From a virus, in the IMG/VR virus record IMGVR_UViG_3300024999_000040, positions 64,001 through 128,000 of that record: DNA of 64,000 bases; one strand, 5' to 3'. The notes under the pieces were generated by a model. The model ran no database searches. It was not told where the DNA came from and saw only the letters and a list, made by a program, of their open reading frames with translations. This document shows positions 1 to 8,821 of this stretch, piece after piece. The position numbers and the translations under genes are program-made. The stretch's first letter is position 1; every line of letters starts with the position of its first letter.

Positions 1-90
1 TTCATAATTATTATCATATGGTATTACTGTTTCTATTGGTGAAGTAAATATAATTTGTTTCCTGCAAAATAAACTTTCTTTAGTCTGCAT
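1..90 (-). CDS. cas6: 5' end of probable Cas6 endoribonuclease (runs off the window edge)
   Basis: Manual translation MQTKESLFCRKQIIFTSPIETVIPYDNNYE; RBS AAAGGAGA; overlaps cas5 stop; beta-strand followed by IPxxxNY resembles Cas6 N-termini; only 30 aa visible. Confidence 0.5.
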   Translation of the reverse strand, partial: MQTKESLFCRKQIIFTSPIETVIPYDNNYE

Positions 91-712
91 ATATGTAATC
101 TCCTTTTATGCTCCATATAAATATATTTTGATTATCATCTTCGTCAAAATTTTTATCATAATTAAATTCATTATTAAATCGTAGAGATATAATTCTTGAA
201 TCATAACTACCTAGTTTTGAATTATATTTTGTATATGCTGTTAACATAGGGATAATGTGTCCAGTTCCTATATTAATTGGAGTATATTGACCATAGCCAA
301 TCCCTTGTTTGTTAACTAATTCAATTTCTTGTATTGGCATCTCTATTTTTGCTAATGAATCGGCTTGCCCCAATGTTAAAGTTCTAAACATGTTTATAGG
401 TAATTTTATATCTGTATATATTATTAATTCAGTATCAAATAAATATTCTTTAGAACATGCGTCAGTAGTCATATTCTTTGGTTTTTGGTTTTTAATATCC
501 ACTTTATACTTCTTGACTAAATCTTCGAATAGAGTGTCATATTTAAAGGTATATCCTAATTTAAAGTTGTTTATATTAAAACCATAGATATTTCTTAAAA
601 TGCCAATCACTGTACTAGGAGGAGGACACCTATGTGTCATTCTATTTTTGGAAGTATACGGTATTCCAAAATGTGCAATAGGAGCTATAATTTTAATTTT
701 CTGTAGTTTCAT
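80..712 (-). CDS. cas5: CRISPR-associated Cas5 (type I-B-like RAMP)
   Basis: N-terminal A-H-F-x-x-P...T-x-x-x-PPPSTVIGIL signature and later LTLGQ motif typical of Cas5. Confidence 0.8.
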   Translation of the reverse strand: MKLQKIKIIAPIAHFGIPYTSKNRMTHRCPPPSTVIGILRNIYGFNINNFKLGYTFKYDTLFEDLVKKYKVDIKNQKPKNMTTDACSKEYLFDTELIIYTDIKLPINMFRTLTLGQADSLAKIEMPIQEIELVNKQGIGYGQYTPINIGTGHIIPMLTAYTKYNSKLGSYDSRIISLRFNNEFNYDKNFDEDDNQNIFIWSIKGDYIYAD

Positions 713-736
713 TTTTGTATTTACCTCACATTTGTT

Positions 737-764
737 ATTATATCAACTTAGTTCAACAAGTCAA
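737..764 (-). promoter_or_regulatory. sigmaA-type promoter for cas5 with conserved spacer box
   Basis: TTGACT-16-TATAAT; spacer contains TGAACTAAGTTGA. Confidence 0.65.
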
Positions 765-849
765 GTGTTTTTTATTTATTGATTCTTTTTCTAGATACCT
801 CCTTTTAGTTGCAAATTTGCTAACTTGTTTATTTGTTGACTGTGATTCC

Positions 850-879
850 ATTATACTATAGTAGATAACATCTTGTCAA
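850..879 (-). promoter_or_regulatory. sigmaA-type promoter
   Basis: TTGACA-18-TATAAT. Confidence 0.6.
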
Positions 880-918
880 GCATATTATTATATTTATTTA
901 ATTGAAAATTTTACTTCT

Positions 919-1224
919 TTAGCAATACGCCTTTCTAAGACTTCTACTAATTGTTTTTCTCCATCTGTTGCTATCTGCAACATCATCCTTCAGCACTGGG
1001 AACATGTTGACTACTTTACGGCGAATTCTTGAAATACTTTCAAAATTTACTCTATGCTTAATAAAGTTTTCCATATTGAATTCAGTATCATAGTATGTAG
1101 TAAAAAATTTGACAAAAAGTTCATGGTCATCTAATCTGGCTGTAGGATATTTGTCAAGTATTTCTTTTACTCTGTTCTCCATGATAGATAGAGATGTTTT
1201 AGATTTGGTTGTTGAAGCGTTCAT
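919..1224 (-). CDS. conserved phage hypothetical protein
   Basis: RBS GAAAGGTAAGGT; IL..YP.AR.DD..L and FESISR.RRK pattern familiar from phage proteins. Confidence 0.6.
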   Translation of the reverse strand: MNASTTKSKTSLSIMENRVKEILDKYPTARLDDHELFVKFFTTYYDTEFNMENFIKHRVNFESISRIRRKVVNMFPVLKDDVADSNRWRKTISRSLRKAYC

Positions 1225-1303
1225 ATGTATTACCTTACCTTTCTTATTATATTTATTTTATATGTTTATTTTATCACTATATGTACTTAGTTTTAAAAGT
1301 TTT

Positions 1304-1357
1304 ATTCAGGTGATACAGTTGACGCTACACCACCTAAATTTGTGTCAAGTCAGACAC
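1304..1357 (-). other. two adjacent RNA hairpins with complementary loops
   Basis: 15-bp stem with G-U pairs on the minus strand, loop CGUCAA; 5-bp stem GUGUC/GACAC, loop UGACUU. Confidence 0.5.
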
Positions 1358-1375
1358 TCAAAGTCAATGAATATT

Positions 1376-1609
1376 TTATTTTATAATAAAACCACAATCA
1401 AAATCACCGATTTCAAATTCATAACCATAAATATTAGTAACACAATCTTCTTTTTGAATATCATCAATTGCTTTAATATCAATATTATCTAAAAGACGAA
1501 TAGTTTGTTTACCTATTATTAACGTAGGTTTTTTATTGTTTAATGCTTGAAACATTTGAGCTTGATTGATTATTACATTAGTTAAATTATTCATATTTTC
1601 CCCTTTCAT
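1376..1609 (-). CDS. hypothetical protein
   Basis: ORF with RBS, co-oriented. Confidence 0.6.
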   Translation of the reverse strand: MKGENMNNLTNVIINQAQMFQALNNKKPTLIIGKQTIRLLDNIDIKAIDDIQKEDCVTNIYGYEFEIGDFDCGFIIK

Positions 1610-1636
1610 TCATTTTATATTTCTTAAACTTATTGT

Positions 1637-1921
1637 TTATGTAGGTATAATTATTTTAATAGTTGTATCTTCAGGTGTATTTGGATCTATCTTTGATCTA
1701 AGCTTTTCATTTAATGAAAAAGAGTTCACCTGAATAGTATTAATCATTTCACGCCAACCATCTGTTAAATAAGAATCATCTAGTAAATGATCATTAAATG
1801 GTGAAATTCCACTATCAGTTATTTTTCCAATAGTTTTAACTGTAGCAGAGATTTTTACTTCTTTATTTTTATCAATTTCTGCAATGTAGTTAATTATTTT
1901 TAATACAGATTCTTTATTCAT
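1637..1921 (-). CDS. hypothetical protein
   Basis: ORF with RBS GAAAGGAG. Confidence 0.65.
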   Translation of the reverse strand: MNKESVLKIINYIAEIDKNKEVKISATVKTIGKITDSGISPFNDHLLDDSYLTDGWREMINTIQVNSFSLNEKLRSKIDPNTPEDTTIKIIIPT

Positions 1922-1964
1922 ACAATATTCTCCTTTCCCTTATAAACATTTGATTCTAAAGTTT

Positions 1965-2348
1965 CTATCCTATGATACCAATACCAAGTATAATTTCGTT
2001 TGTCCAATTTTCTAGTATTCTAAAATCTCTTATAACAATTTTAATAGGTTTTGAAACTATGCTATAAATTCCATCATGGTTTATAATCATATCTTCAATA
2101 ATTTCAACAAATTTATTAACAATTGTTGACATTGCTACAGGTTCATTAAAATTATAAGTTATAGTTTTATTCCACGAAACTACAACTTGATTTCCATTAG
2201 AATCATTGAAACAAGCACTATCGCCGAATGATAAAAGTCTAATATCACAAAATGAAATATCTTTTTCTATTTGTTCTTCAATTTTTTTAAGTATTTTCTG
2301 TGTAAAATATTCTGTATAGTTCATCATTGAATATATTTCCCTAATCAT
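1965..2348 (-). CDS. hypothetical protein
   Basis: ORF with RBS AAGGAG, first gene after promoter 2399-2427. Confidence 0.65.
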   Translation of the reverse strand: MIREIYSMMNYTEYFTQKILKKIEEQIEKDISFCDIRLLSFGDSACFNDSNGNQVVVSWNKTITYNFNEPVAMSTIVNKFVEIIEDMIINHDGIYSIVSKPIKIVIRDFRILENWTNEIILGIGIIG

Positions 2349-2398
2349 ATTTTAACTCCTTCTTGCTATTAAGTCGCAACCTATTTATTACACTTATT

Positions 2399-2427
2399 AT
2401 TATATCAATTTAGTTAAGGTTTGTCAA
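2399..2427 (-). promoter_or_regulatory. sigmaA-type promoter with conserved spacer box
   Basis: TTGACA-17-TATAAT; spacer contains TTAACTAAATTGA. Confidence 0.8.
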
Positions 2428-2433
2428 CATAAT

Positions 2434-2461
2434 ATTTTCTACTGCCCATCACAGTAAAAAT
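2434..2461 (-). repeat. 3' hairpin H1 (mRNA loop UGAUGGG)
   Basis: plus strand TACTG-CCCATCA-CAGTA; similar to 3043-3074. Confidence 0.65.
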
Positions 2462-2468
2462 TTAATGT

Positions 2469-2975
2469 TTATATTTGCTTTTTACAGCATATTGATTTTA
2501 ATATATTATTCTGAAACGTAAAATCATTAGTAAGATCAATAAACTCATCTGCGGTTAATCCTATTAACTCATTTTCATTTTTAACCCTACATTCAATAAT
2601 AACACCGTTATAAAGTATAAATGTAGTTTTATGATTCCTAGACTCTGTAAGAAGTTTAATATCGTTTTTATTTATTACCATATGCATAAGATTTGTAAAA
2701 GTAATAAGTTCTGAAACATTACCAACAACAAGAATCTTATAATTATGTATTTTAGGAATAATTTTTTCTTTAAATACCATCTGTCTTTGCAAATCTTGAA
2801 TCATATGAAGTATTGTTTCTCTTGTCTTAGTTGTATTACTTCCAATCTCCACTTCATCATATTCTTCTTGAAGTTTTAGAAGTGTTTTAAGATGAAATTC
2901 CATACTGTAAGGTATATCGTATTTTTCTTTCCATTTAGTGAACTCTCTCTGAACGCTCTCACTCAAATTATTCAT
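2469..2975 (-). CDS. hypothetical protein bracketed by hairpins H2/H1
   Basis: 168-aa ORF, RBS AAAGGAG. Confidence 0.7.
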   Translation of the reverse strand: MNNLSESVQREFTKWKEKYDIPYSMEFHLKTLLKLQEEYDEVEIGSNTTKTRETILHMIQDLQRQMVFKEKIIPKIHNYKILVVGNVSELITFTNLMHMVINKNDIKLLTESRNHKTTFILYNGVIIECRVKNENELIGLTADEFIDLTNDFTFQNNILKSICCKKQI

Positions 2976-3003
2976 AATAATCTCCTTTAATTTTTGTATT
3001 TTA

Positions 3004-3033
3004 TATTAAATACCAGATGGGTTAGTATTAATA
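3004..3033 (-). repeat. 5' hairpin H2 (mRNA loop ACCCAUC)
   Basis: plus strand AATACCA-GATGGGT-TAGTATT; similar to 3821-3850. Confidence 0.65.
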
Positions 3034-3042
3034 CCTTAGTTA

Positions 3043-3074
3043 AATAGCCTACTGCCCACTAACAGTAGACTATT
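3043..3074 (-). repeat. 3' hairpin H3 (mRNA loop UUAGUGGG)
   Basis: 12-bp stem AATAGCCTACTG/CAGTAGACTATT, plus-strand loop CCCACTAA. Confidence 0.7.
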
Positions 3075-3082
3075 ATATTTAC

Positions 3083-3772
3083 TTATCTTATATCCACAGA
3101 CAAATTCTTATCAGAACAATCCAAATATACTACCTTTGTCATTGAAGGAACAACAATATATTCTTTTGGAATGCTCAATCTCATATTATTAATCATATTG
3201 TCTTGCATTTCTTTATTTATGGCTGGTTTATTATCTTTATCTTTTGGAATTTCATGAACTATAATACCTTTTATTTTATCGAGATTGTTTTGTTGCCATT
3301 CTCTTATCTCTTCAACTTTCGATTCGATTTTTAATTTCTCTGCCTTTTTACTTGCTTCTTCAATTAAATAATTTGCTCTATTTTGTTCTTTATTTTCCTT
3401 ATAGATTTGTTTAACACAATTTAATTTAGATAACAATTTTTCCTTATTATTTTCTTGATCATCAATATATTCAGTGACATAAGATACATTGTAGTAAATA
3501 TAACCATCTGTACCTACTGTAACTTTTTGAATTGTTGTATAAACTCCCTTTTCACTTAAAAATATTTCATCTTTTTCTTTTAATTGATGAGGTAGTTCAT
3601 ATTCACCAATCTTAACTCTTTCTATTGTTTCTGAATCTTCTTCTAATTTTGGTTCACATAAAGAATTTTTTAAAGACCATTCATCTGCATTTTCTAGTTT
3701 GTAGAACCTTCTCACTTTTCTTCCCATTAAAATACTATGTACTTTATTAGTTTTGCTTTTTATTGTTGACAT
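3083..3772 (-). CDS. hypothetical protein bracketed by hairpins H4/H3
   Basis: 229-aa ORF, RBS GAAAGGTAGG. Confidence 0.7.
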   Translation of the reverse strand: MSTIKSKTNKVHSILMGRKVRRFYKLENADEWSLKNSLCEPKLEEDSETIERVKIGEYELPHQLKEKDEIFLSEKGVYTTIQKVTVGTDGYIYYNVSYVTEYIDDQENNKEKLLSKLNCVKQIYKENKEQNRANYLIEEASKKAEKLKIESKVEEIREWQQNNLDKIKGIIVHEIPKDKDNKPAINKEMQDNMINNMRLSIPKEYIVVPSMTKVVYLDCSDKNLSVDIR

Positions 3773-3820
3773 ATTGCCAACCTACCTTTCTGTGCTATGC
3801 ACATTTAAATGTTTTATTTA

Positions 3821-3850
3821 TATTAAATACCTAGTGGGTGGTATTAAATA
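3821..3850 (-). repeat. 5' hairpin H4 (mRNA loop ACCCACUA)
   Basis: plus strand AATACC-TAGTGGGT-GGTATT. Confidence 0.65.
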
Positions 3851-4116
3851 TCTTGATTATAGTATTTCTCTATATCCTTTACCATTATAAGAACCTATAA
3901 TGCCTCTAAGTTCTAATTCTTCAAGCATTATATTAGCCCAAGTAGTTCCATTTTTAAATTTTTTTTTGAATTAAAGTCCCATTGAAATTTTGTGTATCTT
4001 TACAACTATTTGCTAACTCGATAACTTTTATAACATCTTCTTCTGTTAGTATATTATAGTTATTTAACATGACAAACCTCCTTTCTTTAACCCAATAAAA
4101 TTCTCTTTTTAATGCC

Positions 4117-4383
4117 TTATTTAATTCCAAATTTACCATTCTTAAAATTATATAATCCTGTTTCATACCATTTGCCTATATGATTCAATCTATTGGCAAT
4201 GCATGTAGGACATAATAATCCTCCTCTTTTATATTGAGAAGGAGTAATCAATTCCCATAATTCATCTGCAATAACCATATCAGGAAAATCTTCATACGGC
4301 ATTCCGCAATCATAACATTTATCATATTCCCCACATGGCCTTTCTTCTTCAGTATATTTCCAAGGATATTTATAATTCTTCAT
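4117..4383 (-). CDS. small Zn-binding phage protein
   Basis: CYDC...W...GGLLCPTC. Confidence 0.65.
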   Translation of the reverse strand: MKNYKYPWKYTEEERPCGEYDKCYDCGMPYEDFPDMVIADELWELITPSQYKRGGLLCPTCIANRLNHIGKWYETGLYNFKNGKFGIK

Positions 4384-4402
4384 AATTTACCTTTCTAATA
4401 AA

Positions 4403-4424
4403 CGATAGAACCCACATTTTATTG
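4403..4424. repeat. 8-6-8 boundary site
   Basis: cgatagaa-cccaca-ttttattg; contains stop codon at 4419. Confidence 0.7.
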
Positions 4425-4619
4425 TCTCATTATTTCTTTAGAAAAATCATACAAATCATCTTCCTCGATTTCCATATGAGGCATTTCACCGTTACACTTG
4501 ACACAATACAAATGTTTAATGTGATGTTTCTCACGTTTTTTATTAAGTTTTCTAGGGATAGGGAATATGTTCCCACATCCCAAGCATTGTAGATTTTGAA
4601 TATAAATGTTTTTCTTCAT
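4419..4619 (-). CDS. zinc-ribbon protein
   Basis: CLGC...IPR...HIKHLYCVKC. Confidence 0.65.
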   Translation of the reverse strand: MKKNIYIQNLQCLGCGNIFPIPRKLNKKREKHHIKHLYCVKCNGEMPHMEIEEDDLYDFSKEIMRQ

Positions 4620-5191
4620 AATAATTGTTGAATTTCTCTTTGTCTATTGCCAGCAAAATTCCAATCAATTCTCTTTGGTGGATTTAGAAAATTCTTATAA
4701 GCTAATGCCATTTGTTTTGCAGCTATATCAAAAGGTACTCTACCAGTTGCAGTACCTAATCCACAACATGCAACAGTTTGAATATTTCTATGTTTACTTG
4801 TAGCAATTAGCATAGCTTTCATTGCTTGATAAACATTGTCTGTGTTTCTTATATCCATAGGGACTCTCATTGTAGGAGTATGTGCTAAGTATGGATGCAT
4901 GTCATGATAAGTTTGAATAATAAATGATGTTCCTACTGGCTGTTCTCCAGCATAGTTTTCAATAATATATTCTTGTACTCTTTCCATTAATTGAGTACCA
5001 AAATATCTTGTAATGGCTAAATCTATACCACCATCCATTAATCCAAAAGAATTTGCAGGACTAACTATACAATCATAATCAGGCAAATTTTCTAAAGATG
5101 AATGTAGTACAGTTACATTAGTCAAATCTTTAAAGGCTATTTCAAATTCTTTGCATAGGTCTTTATTTATATCAAATAATAGTAAATTCAT
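4616..5191 (-). CDS. macro domain protein (ADP-ribose binding/hydrolase)
   Basis: IVSPANSFGLMDGGID and GLGTATG motifs. Confidence 0.9.
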   Translation of the reverse strand: MNLLLFDINKDLCKEFEIAFKDLTNVTVLHSSLENLPDYDCIVSPANSFGLMDGGIDLAITRYFGTQLMERVQEYIIENYAGEQPVGTSFIIQTYHDMHPYLAHTPTMRVPMDIRNTDNVYQAMKAMLIATSKHRNIQTVACCGLGTATGRVPFDIAAKQMALAYKNFLNPPKRIDWNFAGNRQREIQQLL

Positions 5192-5529
5192 ATTGATTCA
5201 CCATCTTTTTTATTTTCTTCTATACACCTGACCATATAGTCATAAAGTTCATCTAATGTTTTAACACTAATTTCCTTCTCTCCGTATTCACCGTAAAAAA
5301 TAACCCTATTATCTTCTTCGTACAGCCACCAAGACAATAAATCATTCCCATCTGTGCGTTCAAAATCTTCAGCAATCATATTTAATAATTCATCCATTAA
5401 ATAAGTTCCTATAACTGCAACGGTATGTCCATCACAGATTTTACTCACTAAAACGTTTAGCGTATCTTGTTCCGATTGAAAGTTCATTATTAGTTCCATA
5501 CGCTTTTTGAACAATTCTCTTGTCATCAT
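5188..5529 (-). CDS. hypothetical protein
   Basis: translationally coupled ORF; WWLYE and TLDELYDY patterns common in phage proteins. Confidence 0.6.
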   Translation of the reverse strand: MMTRELFKKRMELIMNFQSEQDTLNVLVSKICDGHTVAVIGTYLMDELLNMIAEDFERTDGNDLLSWWLYEEDNRVIFYGEYGEKEISVKTLDELYDYMVRCIEENKKDGESI

Positions 5530-5770
5530 AATTTTATCCTCTCTATTACCCTAATTATCCAACATCCAATTCTTTCACAGTAAGAGAGTCCCAAACCAAT
5601 TAATACACAAATTAACAAAGCAAGAAATCCAAAGCCTACGAAGATTCCTGCTAGTGTGAGTTCAAACAAAATTTTGCATTTATTTTTATAGTTTATATAT
5701 GACATGTTTAGCACTCTCCTTTCGTTTGGTTATAAATACTGTGTAGTTTTTATTACTATATTTGTTTTGT

Positions 5771-6337
5771 TTACAATAACAAATTCCCTAAATCATTCCA
5801 ATTCACAGTTCTTATTCCATTCCAAGTATTATTCAATTCATTAACTTCTCCAAAGCAAATCTTATAATCCGCATTACTACTGATTAAGTTTTTTTCTGAA
5901 TCATCAATAATTATTGAATTTTCACCTGACATATTTACAACTGATTTATCCATTTTGCAATGTTTTTTCATTAACAAAATAGACTCATTAATGAATGGTA
6001 AATTTTCTTCAATCCACCATGCTTTATATGCAAGATTAGAAGGTATTCCGATTGAACATATTCTAACATCATATTCCTGACATATTTCTTTAAGAATTCT
6101 TTTTGTATTTGGATTAATAAATTCAACTACTTCAAAGAAACGTTTACTTCCAAATATTTCATCAACGTGATCTAATAAAGTACACTGATCTAATAAATGC
6201 ATGGGTTCTGCTTTATACCAATCTGCTTTTATGAAATTAGGATGCTTTATGTATTTTTCGTTGTAAACGTCCATGAACGCTTTAATTGAGTCAACTATTG
6301 TTGAGTCATAATCCAGAAATATTTTTTGTTTACTCAT
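5771..6337 (-). CDS. HAD-family 5'(3')-deoxyribonucleotidase
   Basis: FLDYDSTIVD motif I, K, IIDD motif; start revised to MSKQ after GGAGG. Confidence 0.75.
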   Translation of the reverse strand: MSKQKIFLDYDSTIVDSIKAFMDVYNEKYIKHPNFIKADWYKAEPMHLLDQCTLLDHVDEIFGSKRFFEVVEFINPNTKRILKEICQEYDVRICSIGIPSNLAYKAWWIEENLPFINESILLMKKHCKMDKSVVNMSGENSIIIDDSEKNLISSNADYKICFGEVNELNNTWNGIRTVNWNDLGNLLL

Positions 6338-6875
6338 TGTTTCCTCCATTGAGATATTCAACAAACTTATTAACTTCCATTTGTAAATAGCCTTCTCCAC
6401 TTAGAGATTTCAAATAATAATCAAAAGTAAAGTTATCCAATGCTATTTCTGAAAGGTGCAATCTTTGTTCAGGAGTTAAATGATTTTCAAATCCAATTCT
6501 TTCAATATGTAATGAAATAACATCCCATCCAAAATCTTTAAGATAATTTATTTCGTTAGGAAAGCGTGTATCTGGTATTAAAAAATAATCAAAATCATCA
6601 TCAAATACATCTATGAACATTTCAATTAATTCAACCCAAAAGTTAAGATTCCTAGTTCTTACTTTTTCTGTGCCTATTTGCTGAAGAATAGTTCTACCTT
6701 TTTCATCTTTATTACCATCCCAACCAAAATATTGTTTGCATATGTATTTTAAGTAATCTGCATAATGAATAATTAATACTTTTTTACCTAAATATTCTAA
6801 TTTATCTTTTAGGATTGTTGCGGTTAAGTCTTTACCATGTTCTGCTTTTGCAGATAGAGTTATTATTTTACTCAT
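6330..6875 (-). CDS. deoxynucleoside monophosphate kinase
   Basis: AKAEHGKD P-loop, YADYLK, RTILQQIGTE, DTRFPNE, H.SE; start revised to MSKII. Confidence 0.85.
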   Translation of the reverse strand: MSKIITLSAKAEHGKDLTATILKDKLEYLGKKVLIIHYADYLKYICKQYFGWDGNKDEKGRTILQQIGTEKVRTRNLNFWVELIEMFIDVFDDDFDYFLIPDTRFPNEINYLKDFGWDVISLHIERIGFENHLTPEQRLHLSEIALDNFTFDYYLKSLSGEGYLQMEVNKFVEYLNGGNNE

Positions 6876-6888
6876 TATTATATCCTTT

Positions 6889-7518
6889 CTATTCAATTGT
6901 CTCAATATCTCCAAATATTTCAGGTAGAATTCTCTTAAAATCATTTAATACTGGAATAGCAACTTCACGCATTTGGGGATGTGCTGCTTTAGCAGTTCTA
7001 AGTTTAAAGAAATGTCTAAATTCTCTGAGATTCATTGTAACAACTATTTCAGTTTTAAGTGAATTAGGTAGTACTGAACGTGCTTCTTGTGGTGTTGCAC
7101 CATGGTCTATTAGACTAAGATAACTTGTTTCTGCAAATTTACAAGAAGATTCCCAAATTGCATAATTTATACTATCTTCTTCCCAAAATAAAGGTTTAAT
7201 AACAGTAATTTCATTTCCGAATTTACCACTACTATAATTTACGTACCTTGTTGATTCTTGTGCATAAGAAGCTATCCTATGTCTTACTATCTCATGGCTA
7301 ACTCCCCTGTCACAAATAAATTTTACTGTGACATTATAATGCTCTATCATAGCTTCATGTCCTCTATTGATAAGCATTGATACAAACTTACTTGCTGAAT
7401 CTTCAGTAATGCTACTCTCTGATTTATAGCATACCCTTCCTGAAAGTTCTAGTGTCTTTAATATTTCTGATCTGTTGATTGGTGTCATAATCTCATATGA
7501 CGGTTTGATAATTTTCAT
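6889..7518 (-). CDS. thyX: FAD-dependent thymidylate synthase
   Basis: GHEAMIEH, RHRIASYAQESTRY, ARSVLP, AHPQMR motifs. Confidence 0.95.
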   Translation of the reverse strand: MKIIKPSYEIMTPINRSEILKTLELSGRVCYKSESSITEDSASKFVSMLINRGHEAMIEHYNVTVKFICDRGVSHEIVRHRIASYAQESTRYVNYSSGKFGNEITVIKPLFWEEDSINYAIWESSCKFAETSYLSLIDHGATPQEARSVLPNSLKTEIVVTMNLREFRHFFKLRTAKAAHPQMREVAIPVLNDFKRILPEIFGDIETIE

Positions 7519-7572
7519 AACCCTTTAAAACCTCACTTTTGTTGGCTTATTTTTAATTTATTTATACTTATT

Positions 7573-7601
7573 ATTATATCAATTTAGTTTAACTTTGTCA
7601 A
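7573..7601 (-). promoter_or_regulatory. sigmaA-type promoter with conserved spacer box
   Basis: TTGACA-17-TATAAT; spacer contains TAAACTAAATTGA. Confidence 0.8.
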
Positions 7602-7834
7602 TACTTACTTTTCAATATGTCATGTCTTAAATAACTACTATCTACATACTTTTCACAATTATTTAAAATACTCGTATCTAACTCTTTAAGTTCTACACCT
7701 CGACATGTACAATACTCTACAACCCTTTTGTTTGGATTATTACAATAATAGAATATACAACGTTTACTAGTACCCATTTCATGGCATTTCATATTGACAC
7801 CTCTTTCTGCTTGCGTTTTTTGAATTGTTAGTGT

Positions 7835-7861
7835 AAAGGAGAAAGGGATTGTTAGTCCCTT
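7835..7861 (-). terminator. probable intrinsic terminator after dut
   Basis: AAGGGAC-loop-ATCCCTT hairpin followed by TCTCCTTT. Confidence 0.45.
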
Positions 7862-8324
7862 AATTACTTGAGCCTATACCACCTATTCTATCACTATTAG
7901 ATTCACTGTTGTCTGCTACAAGATAATTCATAAAAACACCTTGACAAATTCTTTCACCTACTTCGATAGTTTTAATGAAAATAGAATTATTAAATAAGCA
8001 AACACCTATATTTCCATCGTTGTCCTTATTTTGATAATAATCTCCATCTATCACAGCAACAGAATTAGCTAGTGTAAGATACTTTTTAATACCAATTGAA
8101 CTGCGTATATAAAGCATTAATACTTCATTTTCACACATATATGCTTTAATATCAGTCCATATTACTTGTTTTTCTCCTGGTTGAATATCAATGGTAATAG
8201 GACTATAGAAATCTATACCAGCAGAATGTTTTGTTGCTCTTGTTGGTAGAATTATTTCTTTGTCTGGATGCTTTCTATATTGATCTGAAACTATTTCAAA
8301 TCCTCTCGTTTTTACTATATTCAC
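7860..8324 (-). CDS. dut: trimeric dUTPase
   Basis: SAGIDF, RSS, VIDGDY, ERICQG and RIGGIGSS motifs. Confidence 0.93.
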   Translation of the reverse strand: MNIVKTRGFEIVSDQYRKHPDKEIILPTRATKHSAGIDFYSPITIDIQPGEKQVIWTDIKAYMCENEVLMLYIRSSIGIKKYLTLANSVAVIDGDYYQNKDNDGNIGVCLFNNSIFIKTIEVGERICQGVFMNYLVADNSESNSDRIGGIGSSN

Positions 8325-8341
8325 TTATTTAACCTCTCTCA

Positions 8342-8821
8342 TTAACTTATTTTTATAGCAAATTGATTTTGTGAAACCAGATATACACCTAAAACTTCAT
8401 CCCATATTCCATTACTATTAGGTATATATCTGCCGAACTTAATAAATATATTATTATATTTTTTAAGCATTTCAACTTCTTCTATAATCTCTTCAGGATA
8501 ATACCCTGTATAAATCACAACATCGTCATTACACTTTTTCCTGAACTGATATATAAAAAACAATATTTCTAATAGTTGCTTTATTGGCTCTAATCCAGCT
8601 ATAACAATAGCCTGAGTAATTGGATTACTAAGGTATCTATTAATAATTTTATCAACAGATACCTCAATATTATCTTGATGTGCTAATTCTGAATTTTGAC
8701 AGATATGTATATCTAAATCCTTTTCAACTAGACACTTCCAATCACAGAAACAAGTAGCCAACATCATAGAAGGTTTTTTATAATCTTGAAAGTCTTCGTC
8801 TATAATGTTTTTTAATTTCAT
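8342..8821 (-). CDS. nrdG: anaerobic RNR activating enzyme
   Basis: CDWKC...CQN, GLEP, IYTGY, KFGRY, SQNQ; adjacent to nrdD. Confidence 0.85.
   Translation of the reverse strand: MKLKNIIDEDFQDYKKPSMMLATCFCDWKCLVEKDLDIHICQNSELAHQDNIEVSVDKIINRYLSNPITQAIVIAGLEPIKQLLEILFFIYQFRKKCNDDVVIYTGYYPEEIIEEVEMLKKYNNIFIKFGRYIPNSNGIWDEVLGVYLVSQNQFAIKIS

Noticed and set aside
713-1375. CRISPR array or mini-array near cas5
   Set aside because: No regularly spaced direct repeats seen; the lone ATTGAAA near 901 is expected in AT-rich DNA
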